Of a DNA stretch of 64,000 bases, positions 38,923 through 46,849 are shown in pieces (positions within the stretch are counted from its first letter, which is position 1; every line of letters starts with the position of its first letter). Location: contig NC_058368.1 in assembly GCF_018350175.1 (NCBI RefSeq), forward strand, positions 70,744,001 to 70,808,000, given 5' to 3'. The translations under genes were made by a program, and so were the position numbers. The DNA comes from Felis catus. Lineage: Eukaryota. The notes beneath the pieces are model-generated. The model searched no databases and was not told the origin of the DNA. It saw only the letters and a program-made list of their open reading frames with translations.

Positions 38923-40037
38923 GCCACAAGGATATGTGCATCTCCTTCTGTATTCTTCTGCATGTCCACTTATTGACTATTCTCAGGTGGTAATTCTGGA
39001 GAAATTCCAAGTTTTAAAAATATGTCAGGCAGTTCACAAGTTAGCAAATATTCTTTTACAAGACAAGAGTCTCTGAATTTATCTAAGCATGGTAAAGTTT
39101 AAAATAACACTATATTTGAAGTCAGAAAAGGTGAGTTTACATTCTGATCCTGCTTACCAGCCATGTGGCTATTAGACAGTTACTTAACTAAGTCTCATTT
39201 TTGTCACCTGTCTGGTTTTCAATTTTTTTGGAATCTAGACTGATGAAGATACTCGAAAACCAAAGCACGTATTTTTTCATGAATCGTCTCATTTACTCTA
39301 CCTAGGGCAGATAAAATTATCTCTGTTTTGTAAGAAATGGGCTTGGAGATTTCCGTTGACTAGTGCAAGGATAATACACACAGTCACAACAGCTGCTCTG
39401 TCCTCTGACACCACACCACCTCTCGTATTCAGTGGGGTGCATCTTTGTTATTATCCTAATTGTATCACCTTTTAAACACTTTAAATTTAAAAAATTTTAA
39501 TTTTATTATGGTTCTTTGAAAACTGATAATTCTCTGTAACAATACTTAGAAAATAATCCCTACTCATTATATGAATCTGATACTCTGTTTAAGGTATTCA
39601 TATCAGACCTTGAATTAATTCTCATAGCAGTTTTCCATTTTGTGATAAGGAAGTATTAAATAGGAAAGGAAAATTGGCATCCTATTCATATTTTAATTTC
39701 AGTTTTTTTGCATGTAATAAGAAAAAAATTATTATAAAAAGTTTAGGTAGTAATCTTAAAAGTATAAAAAATTCTATCAATTTCCGCAAGAAATTTGAGG
39801 TAGTGGTGTAAGTTTCAAAGAATTTATGGACCTATGGTATATTCCTGGTAAGTAATAGTTTATAGTTTTGTGGCTTTTTTTAAGGAACCAATAATTTTAA
39901 GTCTGTGTTTTTGTGTAAATTATGAGATTTCCTTGGGAAAAGAGTTTATTTTGTTTTTTTCTTTTATAGGAACAATTGGCTTCTTTGCATGCTTTTGGTT
40001 TGTTACCAAAATATACAGTGTGGTGAAGGTTGACTGA
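3838..40037 (+). CDS. TM9SF2: Transmembrane 9 superfamily member 2 (nonaspanin), 5'-partial spliced CDS; exons 4-17 lie in this window
   Basis: 14 GT-AG exons join into one uninterrupted frame, [13 protein letters not shown]...[14 protein letters not shown], matching the recalled mammalian TM9SF2 sequence from about residue 112 to the end. The first exons lie upstream of the window. Confidence 0.98.
5860..6352 (-). mobile_element. Two tandem CAN-SINEs (5860-6094, 6115-6352)
   Basis: Two reverse SINEC copies; the flank motif GG(A/G)CTT(A/T)AGTCTTTA occurs three times (~5836, ~6096, ~6354). Confidence 0.92.
6600..7000 (-). mobile_element. Old L1 (L1M-type) 3' fragment
   Basis: Degenerate reverse L1 3'UTR-like phrases (ccccagaggtagcagtatt...catattattctgcaaacttgc...tagtattacattgcatgaatg). 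Confidence 0.5.
7483..7695 (+). mobile_element. Young feline SINEC_Fc
   Basis: CpG-rich, near-consensus copy; perfect TSD AAAAATTCAAAGTCCT at 7467-7482 and 7691-7706. Confidence 0.95.
9471..9600 (+). CDS. TM9SF2: TM9SF2 exon 5 (130 nt)
   Basis: gcttag|GATTGTG...ATTAAT|gtaagt; [43 protein letters not shown]. Confidence 0.97.
10618..10742 (+). CDS. TM9SF2: TM9SF2 exon 6 (125 nt)
   Basis: ccacag|TCAGAA...AAAAG|gtaact; [41 protein letters not shown]. Confidence 0.97.
10778..10990 (+). mobile_element. Two short tRNA-Lys-derived carnivore SINEs in tandem
   Basis: tRNA-like heads (ctcagtcagtggagcatgtgactc...gagccccacattgggtgtagagattact) with A-tails and no CT tract. Confidence 0.8.
11390..11470 (-). 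mobile_element. Short degenerate carnivore SINE
   Basis: aagtaatctctacacccaacgtg...tgagcccactgggtgcccc. Confidence 0.7.
12027..12138 (+). CDS. TM9SF2: TM9SF2 exon 7 (112 nt)
   Basis: ccacag|CTTCAAA...TTCCAG|gtgagt; [37 protein letters not shown]. Confidence 0.97.
12422..13372. mobile_element. CAN-SINE cluster: three + copies (12422-12627, 12634-12910, 12914-13092) and one - copy (13188-13372)
   Basis: Repeated SINEC heads and tails; the second copy has an expanded (CT)n at ~12793-12832. Confidence 0.9.
14112..14191 (+). CDS. TM9SF2: TM9SF2 exon 8 (80 nt)
   Basis: ccctag|GAAGAT...TTTAG|gtaaga; [26 protein letters not shown]. Confidence 0.97.
14290..14760 (+). mobile_element. MIR interrupted by a young SINE
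   Basis: MIR-like core: gacttgtgttcaatcctggct...cacaagactgttctgaggattaacagagataatg...agtgctcaatgaacagaagct. Confidence 0.7.
14391..14630 (-). mobile_element. Young feline SINEC_Fc
   Basis: Near-consensus, long poly(T); TSD CAGAGTCCATTTCTTT at 14378-14393 and 14633-14648. Confidence 0.95.
15016..15217 (+). mobile_element. CAN-SINE
   Basis: ggggcgcctgagtggctcag... through CT tract and A tail. Confidence 0.92.
15426..15534 (+). CDS. TM9SF2: TM9SF2 exon 9 (109 nt), first transmembrane helix
   Basis: ctacag|TATCATG...TCTACG|gtgagt; [36 protein letters not shown]. Confidence 0.97.
15711..16183 (+). mobile_element. Two CAN-SINEs (15711-15913, 15973-16183) flanking the U6 fragment
   Basis: Two SINEC heads and tails; the first has TSD AAGAGTTGGT(G/A)TTC. 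Confidence 0.92.
15926..15952 (-). pseudogene. U6 snRNA 5' fragment (nt 1-27), tailless retrocopy
   Basis: Minus strand reads GTGTTCGCTTCGGCAGCACATATACTA against U6 GTGCTCGCTTCGGCAGCACATATACTA (1 mismatch). It is flanked by the direct repeat AAAAGAGTTGGTATTCTA (15910-15927, 15953-15970). Confidence 0.9.
16476..16920. mobile_element. Head-to-head CAN-SINE pair (- 16476-16684; + 16701-16920)
   Basis: Opposite-orientation SINEC copies separated by ~16 bp. Confidence 0.9.
17330..17780. mobile_element. L2 remnants in both orientations
   Basis: tcagattgtttcactcctgttcacagccctccagtagcttcccatttcactcag (+), then ggaatcaaggaggattccagggttttggggactgaacagctgg (-). Confidence 0.55.
18189..18321 (+). CDS. 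TM9SF2: TM9SF2 exon 10 (133 nt)
   Basis: ttttag|GAGGAT...CTAT|gtaagt; [44 protein letters not shown], including the family [11 protein letters not shown] motif. Confidence 0.97.
18829..19001 (-). mobile_element. CAN-SINE
   Basis: Reverse SINEC with TSD TAG(G/A)ACAAC at 18820-18828 and 19002-19010. Confidence 0.9.
19288..19406 (-). mobile_element. Carnivore/feline L1 extreme 3' end (~100 bp)
   Basis: Minus strand: tgttgtatgtaagcaatgaatcacagaaatctacccccaaaaccaagagcacactgtacatactgtatgttagccaatttgacaataaa followed by an A tail. Confidence 0.8.
19407..19790 (-). mobile_element. Two CAN-SINEs (19407-19580, 19587-19790)
   Basis: Reverse SINEC bodies; the first lacks its own A tail. Confidence 0.9.
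20955..21127 (-). mobile_element. CAN-SINE
   Basis: Reverse SINEC with an internal deletion. Confidence 0.85.
21368..21605 (+). mobile_element. Young feline SINEC_Fc
   Basis: Near-consensus, long A tail; TSD AAAAAATGAAAGGGG at 21354-21368 and 21600-21614. Confidence 0.95.
21680..21799 (+). CDS. TM9SF2: TM9SF2 exon 11 (120 nt)
   Basis: ttttag|TTTTCGCT...AAGT|gtaagt; [39 protein letters not shown]. Confidence 0.97.
22500..23622 (+). mobile_element. L1 (carnivore-type) ORF2 3' fragment plus 3'UTR, decayed
   Basis: ORF 22916-23206 contains L1 ORF2-like [10 protein letters not shown]...[21 protein letters not shown]1 3'UTR phrases (gttgtacacctgaaactaatataacattg) follow. Confidence 0.9.
25120..25177 (+). 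CDS. TM9SF2: TM9SF2 exon 12 (58 nt)
   Basis: ccacag|CCTTTGGT...CCTGG|gtaagt; [18 protein letters not shown]. Confidence 0.97.
25570..26108 (+). mobile_element. 5'-truncated L1 3' end
   Basis: gatgaatgg...aatggaatattactcagc...tgtacacctgaaactaatataacattg; TSD AAAGTA(T/G)TGCCACT at 25556-25569 and 26109-26122. Confidence 0.9.
26508..27056 (-). mobile_element. Nested CAN-SINEs: partial copy 26508-26610, young SINEC_Fc 26611-26845, older copy 26851-27056
   Basis: Inner TSD AGAATCTTTTT; outer TSD GAT(A/G)TATTCAGATTT at ~26497 and ~27057. Confidence 0.92.
27961..28173 (+). mobile_element. CAN-SINE
   Basis: SINEC head and tail; imperfect TSD att(c/g)aatgga. Confidence 0.9.
28300..29340 (+). mobile_element. 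Old L1 ORF2 remnant with a short SINE inserted at 28608-28725
   Basis: Degenerate L1 phrases (gatctaaatgtaa...gaagaaaatatgg...actggtgggaatt...ccattactcagcaact) around a tRNA-Lys-like short SINE. Confidence 0.6.
29431..29590 (+). CDS. TM9SF2: TM9SF2 exon 13 (160 nt)
   Basis: tttcag|GATTGTA...AAGAAC|gtaagt; [53 protein letters not shown]. Confidence 0.97.
30200..30395 (-). mobile_element. CAN-SINE
   Basis: Reverse SINEC ending caggtgccc. Confidence 0.88.
30818..31077 (-). mobile_element. CAN-SINE with expanded (GA)n
   Basis: Reverse SINEC; GA repeat at ~30898-30942. Confidence 0.9.
31767..31918 (+). CDS. TM9SF2: TM9SF2 exon 14 (152 nt)
   Basis: ctaaag|GCCATT...ATCTG|gtaagc; [50 protein letters not shown]. 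Confidence 0.97.
32095..32310 (-). mobile_element. MIR
   Basis: taattgagtgcttatt...ttaatcctca...ggtattatccccattttacagagacagaggtgaagct...aagtaatttacc. Confidence 0.8.
33008..33119 (+). CDS. TM9SF2: TM9SF2 exon 15 (112 nt)
   Basis: ttatag|GTCACAT...GCAGAG|gtatgt; [37 protein letters not shown]. Confidence 0.97.
33390..34031 (-). mobile_element. CAN-SINE cluster: young SINEC_Fc 33390-33615 plus two older copies
   Basis: The young copy has TSD CTAAAATCTTTTTTTT at 33382-33397 and 33615-33630. Confidence 0.92.
33786..33858. repeat. (TTTC)n tetranucleotide microsatellite derived from a SINE tail
   Basis: Near-perfect TTTC array seen directly. Confidence 0.95.
34230..36150 (-). mobile_element. L1 (L1M-type) 3' part of ORF2 and 3'UTR
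   Basis: Minus ORF 35418-35627 contains [10 protein letters not shown]...[15 protein letters not shown], typical of L1 ORF2; the L1 3'UTR lies at the left end. Confidence 0.92.
36753..36924 (+). CDS. TM9SF2: TM9SF2 exon 16 (172 nt)
   Basis: acctag|GATTAC...ACAG|gtaaga; [57 protein letters not shown]. Confidence 0.97.
38836..38919. repeat. Compound microsatellite (TG)25(TA)17
   Basis: Seen directly. Confidence 0.97.
39110..39420. mobile_element. MIR fragments
   Basis: gaagtcaga...ccagccatgtggctattagacagttacttaac...ctcatttttgtcacctgt (+), then a reverse MIR-like piece. Confidence 0.55.
39970..40037 (+). CDS. TM9SF2: TM9SF2 exon 17 coding part (68 nt including TGA)
   Basis: ttatag|GAACAATT...[30 protein letters not shown], ending in the KxD/E Golgi-retention motif of TM9/EMP70 proteins. 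Confidence 0.97.
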
Positions 40038-40670
40038 AGAAGCCAGTGTGTCCAGTTAAAACAGAAATAAATTAAATTCTTCATCAACAAAGACCTGTTT
40101 TTGTGACTACCTTGAGTTTTATCAGATTTATTGGCCTAGTAATCCTTCAGAAACAACATAATTCTAAATACACCTCTTCCCGTACACCTGTCCCCACAAA
40201 ATGTGTTTTCAACACTAAAACATTTGTATTGTGATTTGATTAAGTATATATTCAGTTGTTCTCAGTGAAGAGCAAATTTAAATATTATGTGCATTTGTAA
40301 ATACAATAGCTATAAAATTTTCAATACTTCTAATGACAGAATAGAGGAGGCCATATTAAACAGTACTGATGAAATGCAGGACAGTTCGTTGTAAATAGGA
40401 TTTTCTAGGCACGGTAGGTGGAAAGAATTATTTTTCTTTGAAGGAAATGACTTTTTATCATGGTAATTTTGAAGGATGATTCATATGATGTGTTTATTGG
40501 GGGGATGTGGCTTTTAAAAAAATCTTGTCTTGGTTGTAACTGTTCATATCTTCTTTTCTGTGTTGACTTCATTATTCCCATGGTATTGGCCTTTTAAACT
40601 ATGTGCCTCTGAGTCTTTCAATTTATAAATTTGTTATCTTAATAAATATTGTAAAAATGTCTGCATTGCA
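40038..40670 (+). other. TM9SF2: TM9SF2 3'UTR (3' end approximate)
   Basis: AT-rich, repeat-free sequence between the stop codon and AATAAA at 40641; longer isoforms cannot be excluded. Confidence 0.7.
40641..40646 (+). terminator. Polyadenylation signal AATAAA
   Basis: Canonical hexamer ~600 nt after the stop codon, with U/GU-rich sequence further downstream. Confidence 0.7.
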
Positions 40671-43189
40671 TCATTACCTATTGTATATTCAAGGAGAGTC
40701 TATAAATAGAAATCTGTTTACCAATGGTATTTTAAAATGGTTTTCACTGTTTTATCAGATTTTGCTGATTTTTGTTTATATAACATTTTCTTGGTTGATC
40801 TAAATGAAACTCCAGCCTCCTCGGTCTTGTGACAAACCTGGAATTTTCACTATTAGGCAGTAATAGAAATTTTAGTTGTGCATATCTAGCCAGATAAATG
40901 ATGTAAGTCTAGTAGTTAATATGGGCCCACTACATTGTCATTAAGGATTTTATGTTTTTGACCTGTTTTTCAAAATACAGTATTTTTTTAAGTCCGTATT
41001 TATTTATACATTAACAATGACTAGCAGATCTTCCCCTTTGTGATTACATTGTCTTAATTTGGATTTCACAGTTTTATTTCTTAGAGTTAAGAAATAACTA
41101 TTTCTCTTTCACATTCATCTAATTAAAAAACATTTATGTGGAAATAGAAGTTTGGGATGATTTCAGAAACTTTAGTCTGCGTATACCTATAAGAATATTC
41201 ATCTTGTATGTTAGGGGCTCAGTGCTTGCTGCTTATGAGAACAAATCAGGTACTGTTTACACTAAATTGACACTAAAATTATTAACTATTGTTCATATGA
41301 TATGGGCTCTTACTCAATAGTTTTAGGTCGATATCCCTTTTTAAAACAACTAACGTGTCGGTGTTGAAGCATGAAGGAGCTCTGGTTATTTTTACCTTCT
41401 CACATAGAGATTTAAGAGAAGTTCTTTTCAAATTTATTTTCTACATCTCTTGCAGTATATTTAGTTTTTTATGTATAATACCGTTAAAGTACAGTTGAGA
41501 TAGACTGATTGACTAAACAAAGAAAAGGTTTATAAAAAACTCTGGATTCAGAACTAGGCTAGTTTTGTTGATCAGAATTAAGCATCTTCAATCTTACTTT
41601 TCCTTCAGTGAACCGATTAGCTTAGTAACTAAAACTTACAAAGCCAACTTACTGCTTTGATAGAATGTTTTCCTATAAAATTTTTATTTGTCTATACTTT
41701 GCAGTAAGCACATTTCACATTTAAATAATGAGGCCGTTAGAAAAACAAAAACATCAAAGGAAAAGATTTAGCAGGGAGTAATGATGAAAAAGCCAGTAAA
41801 GAGGAAAGGCCAGTGGTGAGAAGGGCCCGTGAGGACACAGCCTTTTCTCTGTGGCTTTATCAGGACTTCCTGAGGAGGAGTCACTGCCGTGGTTCTAGCT
41901 GTATGTAGAAAAATATGTAGAAATCTGTATGTAGAAAGTAATGCTGCCACGGTGCTGCGAACACAGAGGGCAGTCACATGATTTCTGAGTCCTTTTGCCT
42001 TTTCTTGTCACTTCAGAATTTGCCCAGTTATGCCTTTTTCTCAGTGTCCCAACTTTTGGCTAATGGGAGAAGCTTAAGCAATGCCAGTAGTGAAAGTAGT
42101 CTTAATTAGCAATGCTGTTTAACATTTGCAGTTTGGGTTCGATGGCACTTGACCAGTGCTGGAAGTGAAAGGAGTGCCTCAAAAGGGTGCCTGCCACTTA
42201 GGTAATGGAGCAGTTGGGGGAAGTAGCTGAGGATAGACCTTTCCGTATGCATCACACCATACGAGGTATGAAGCTTGTGCACGGTGCAGCCCAGAAGTTG
42301 CTATATGGTCATACATGGGCATCTGGTGCCTCTGTTCTAGTTGATGTTTGACTTGAAAATTAACCAATACCTTAAATCTGTGCTATCAGTCCCTCATACT
42401 TTCATATATACTAGCTGAGATTATGCAGTGACGTGAGTCATAAAACACTTTTAAAATTACAAAGCATTACAGGCCTTAAAGATTTTTTAAATGATTAACT
42501 TTAGAAGGCTTAATAAAGGCCTGCTTTTGGTTTTTAATGAACAGGTTAAATGACCTCTGTTAACAGAATTCATTCCTTACCTTTTGCCTATGGATAGCAG
42601 GACGGTCTGGTATTTCATTAATGTGTAAATTTATGTCATTAAGAAAATATTTTTCCATATTTGTATTTTTCTCCTACAGCCTGAATAGTGGCCATAACAT
42701 CTCTGCCTGCAGTGAAATCTGTATGTAGAAAATAATGCTTTGCTTTCTCAGAAATTTTTACTTTGACAGAGTCAAACCTGTTTGCTTCTACTGATTTGTT
42801 CTCTCCTTAACTGTAATTTGAAGTCTAAACACTAAAAATCATTGTTTCTGCACATTTCTCTAGCTTTTGAAATTCTGGATTCCTTTGTCCTGTTCATTTG
42901 AACTATCTTCATTCTCATATTTGATTATCTTTTGTTCTCTTTTATTCTTTGGCCCACTGGTAACAGTTGACATTTTCATTAATAATGAATTACTTTATAA
43001 AGAAGAAAACACTGGTTCTTAAAAAAATCCTATTAATTATTTCCTTTGGGTATTTTTAGCAAAAAGCAGTTCTAGGCCACATGAATGGTCTTGACCTTGA
43101 TGTATATAGGTTCTAGGTCATTAATTTCTCTGGGAAGAGTTAAAAATATGGTAGATTTAACTCAAAAAATGATAGATTGAAAAATTAGT

Positions 43190-43379
43190 GTTTTTTTAAT
43201 GTTTTATTTTTGAGAGAGAGCACTACTGGGGGAGCAGCGGGGGGGGGGGGGGGCAGAGGATCTGAAGTGGGCTTTGTGCTGACAGCAGCAAGCCTGACAG
43301 AGGACTCAAACCCACGAACCATGAGATCATCACCTAAGCTGAAGTTGGACAGTTAACCAACTGAGCCACCCAGGTGCCC
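43190..43379 (-). mobile_element. CAN-SINE
   Basis: Reverse SINEC with TSD (A)(T/C)TAGTGTTT. Confidence 0.88.
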
Positions 43380-44287
43380 TAGACTAGTGTTTCCTTTAAA
43401 AGCTAGTTTTTACTGATACTTTATAATCAATGATGTCTACATAGAACTCAAATCTGATTTCCTAAATATAAGCTAAATGTTTTTGTTAGCATTATTATCA
43501 AAGAAAATAATAGGCCAGTAAGTCAGAATGGACCAGGCTCTCTTCTCTGGCTGATGCTACACCAGACAAGTTGTGTTGCAGTATTGACTGGGACACTCTC
43601 AGGTACAACAGCAAACTAAGGTGGTAGGGTGAGTGTTAGCCACAGGAAGAGTTGCTGCCCGTGTCCTGCTCTAGCAGTGCGAGGGTGGCAGGAGCTGTGG
43701 ACTCAGAAGAACCCATCCCATGATACTGCTGCTGAGCCAGTGTCCTCAGTGGCCGCCACCACTAGGACTCAGAGGACACCTTCCAGACTTGTTACTCCTC
43801 TGCTCTCGATGATGTGACTTTGAAGAACTTTGCCAACCCCTTGAGGAGAGGGGTCATGATGAGAAGCCGATGGAGCTGCAGAAGGTGGTAGAATCTTTAG
43901 GACATCAGGAAACCAGATGGTAAGGAATGGGAGCACCTGAGTGTAGTGCATTCACTTTACATGCAGGGAAACTGTGCACCTGTCATTACTGAAATTGCAC
44001 AAACTAGCTGCCATCAAAAATGCCCCCCCCCCCATTCATAGGTCTTCCTTGAGATCCATTACGTAACTCCTATCAGAGAATTGGGCAATCAACCTATGCA
44101 GGATGGGGACCCAGGAATCTGGTGTCTGACAGAACACACCCTGGGAGGCAGTGACCAGTAGGGGCAAGATTCATGGTGGCTTCCCTAAAGCCACAGGGTG
44201 GTTTGGACCTTGACCTATGCAGTGATGCGTCTTTGGGTTACCTTTAACCATTCTAGAGGCTGTACGCTCACCTTTGTAAACCTCTTG

Positions 44288-44288
<1 letters not shown>

Positions 44289-44343
<55 letters not shown>
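44289..44343. repeat. (TG)n(AG)n compound microsatellite
   Basis: Seen directly. Confidence 0.95.
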
Positions 44344-46849
44344 TTCAAGCGAGGTGATGTGGAAGTGACGCAGGCTTTAGAATCCTCTACCACTGTTGAT
44401 CAGATCTCTCCCAGTATAAAGTCTTTGACCCAAGTAATCCTTCCCATCCTCTGAACTCTTTAACAGTGATGTTTGACAGCTCTCCTAATATTGTCTTAAA
44501 TATTACTCAAATTATTGTTTTAACTTTGCAGGCTTATCTTCCCAAATAGATCACAGACTTCTCAAGGCAGGAACCACTACTTACATCCTCTTTGGTTCAT
44601 GCCTAGGGCATAACAGTACTTGGCACATAGTAGGTGTGTATTTATTGATTGAAACTAGGAATTTAGGTAAGTGATGTTGATTTTAAATATTTAAATTGCT
44701 ATAATGATGTAAAGACACCATTTCAATATTTTGTTTATTAGCTCTCAGGTTCTAGAATGTGCTATTTCGATTCCACAAAATTAAGCATTTTAATATGTAT
44801 CCAGCAACATTGTCTTGTACACTTGTTCTGTGATCACTGACAGTTGTTAAAACAAACCAGCACTGGCAGAACTTGGCCAGCTCCTCTCTACACTTAGTTT
44901 GAACTGTTACCCATGGAAGGAGCTCAAACATAAAGCTACAAAGAGGCTAATTGAAATCAGAATGCTGGGTCATTTCTCGTTCAAACAAAACAGATGGCCC
45001 TCCTTGCCACACTTCTGTCAAACTTGGGGGTGGGGGGAATGATTAAATGCATTTTTAACTCCCACACATGCTTACTAGGCTCCTTCAAGGAGCTACACAC
45101 AGCTATTGAGATGCGGGGGTTGGGGGGGGGGACAGAGGGCTTTTATTTACTAGCAGAACTGTTTCCCTTTATTTTGAAGCTTTAAGAAAAAGCACTTTAA
45201 CAGGATATCTAGTATTCTCAGTTTTGACTTAGATTCTGAATATTTATTTTAATTTTCACTATTTCTATTAGATTTTTCCTTGGGAATAGGTAATCCATGT
45301 ACATGGTACACAATTGAAACTGTACTAAGGAATATAGACAGAGTCTGCCTTCATCCGCCAATCGCCGAGTTCTCACCCCAGAGATAATCACTGTTAACAG
45401 TCTCCTATGTATCTTCCCAGAAATCAAAACTTCATTTTTAATTAATCTACTCAAAACCTCTTATCTGGATCCTCACTTAGCTGACAATATTAAAAAGATT
45501 TGGTTTCAAAATTGGTGTGAGGATTTTAAGAAAGTTAGTGTGGAGATAGTGTTTTATTGTGCAGAGTATATCTGGGATGTAGTACAAAGCATCTCTGTTG
45601 TTAAGTGACACCCCCAGTGATATTTAATAAATAGGTGAAGTGATATAAGCTACCTCTAAGACCTGTTTGGTGAAACAAATTTGAAGAGAAAAGCTTCTAT
45701 TGCTCCGTAACTCTCCTACCCACAGTCAGTACATGCTGACAAAAACCAATAAAAGCATTGCCAGATCCCAACTAATGGATGCATCATCTGATTCTATGCA
45801 CTGCTACACAGAAATGTTGCCCCTTATTACCAATCTTTTAAAAGCAACTTAAAAACAACCCGATGCCCAGCGAAACTGTGCACTTGACTGTTTGTCGTGT
45901 TTGCACCTCCCTATTTGCCTCAAGAGCCTGTTCTCACTCTGCTTTCTCTCCACCTCCCCCCTCCTGCCCCTCTTATCAAAGTGCAGTTTCAGGAGAAGTC
46001 ACAAAGTGATTTCTTTCTACCTCAGGTGTGATTTTCGGTTCTTTAGATCTGTGTCAGAATGGTTGCATCTTTCACCATGTGAATGACAGCAGGATGGGCT
46101 TTGTTTCCTGGGGAAGAAAATCCAAAGATCAGTGGGAACAGGCGTGGGGCACAGTTCCTTCTCCGCACCCTGACCTTGCTCCACTGCGGTGGCTGCTTCC
46201 CTTGCTCCCCAGTGCTTCGTGCCATGGCTGTGGCTCGCTCCACGCCTCCAGAACAACCACGTGGGGCAGGTTTGAAGGGAACACCCCCTTTCATCTCCCT
46301 CACCTGTTCTGGGGCTTTGGCTAGAAGCCCAGGTCCATGGGTATCTCCGAGCATGCTCCGAACTCTGGCTCTAGGCTCTAACCGTTCCCCAGCATGTCCT
46401 ACCACACACCCTGCTGCCCAGGCTGGTCCAGGAGAGAGACACAGCCCCCACCACACCTACCCCAAGGTAGTGTTGGTAAAAGGCTCCCTAAGTGCCTATG
46501 AGTTGCCCTCTTCCACTGGAAGATGTAGCCTATTTTCAAAGTTGGGAAAAATGTGTAAAATCTACTTTTCTCCTTTCTGACTTACACTTACATTCAAATA
46601 TTGAGTCTCTAGGTTGCTATAGTTACGTATGAGTAAATACATGTGAAATCCTGTCAGCAAGTGGCAAAAGGCTAAAAAGGAGTTAGGTAAAGATGTCTTT
46701 TTACATTAAGCCACAACTACCTCTGATTCTCCCAGTGTTCTTGTTACACAAGCAATGGTTTGACCTTTGTGATATTATACTAATTTTGCCAGACTTTCTA
46801 TAGTATTTGAGTGTTCTGTATACACATTATAAAGAGTAACATATTACTT

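Noticed and set aside
46017..46580. GC-richer patch with overlapping 165-aa (+) and 137-aa (-) ORFs
   Set aside because: No recognisable domain or exon structure and no CpG island; consistent with chance ORFs in GC-rich DNA.
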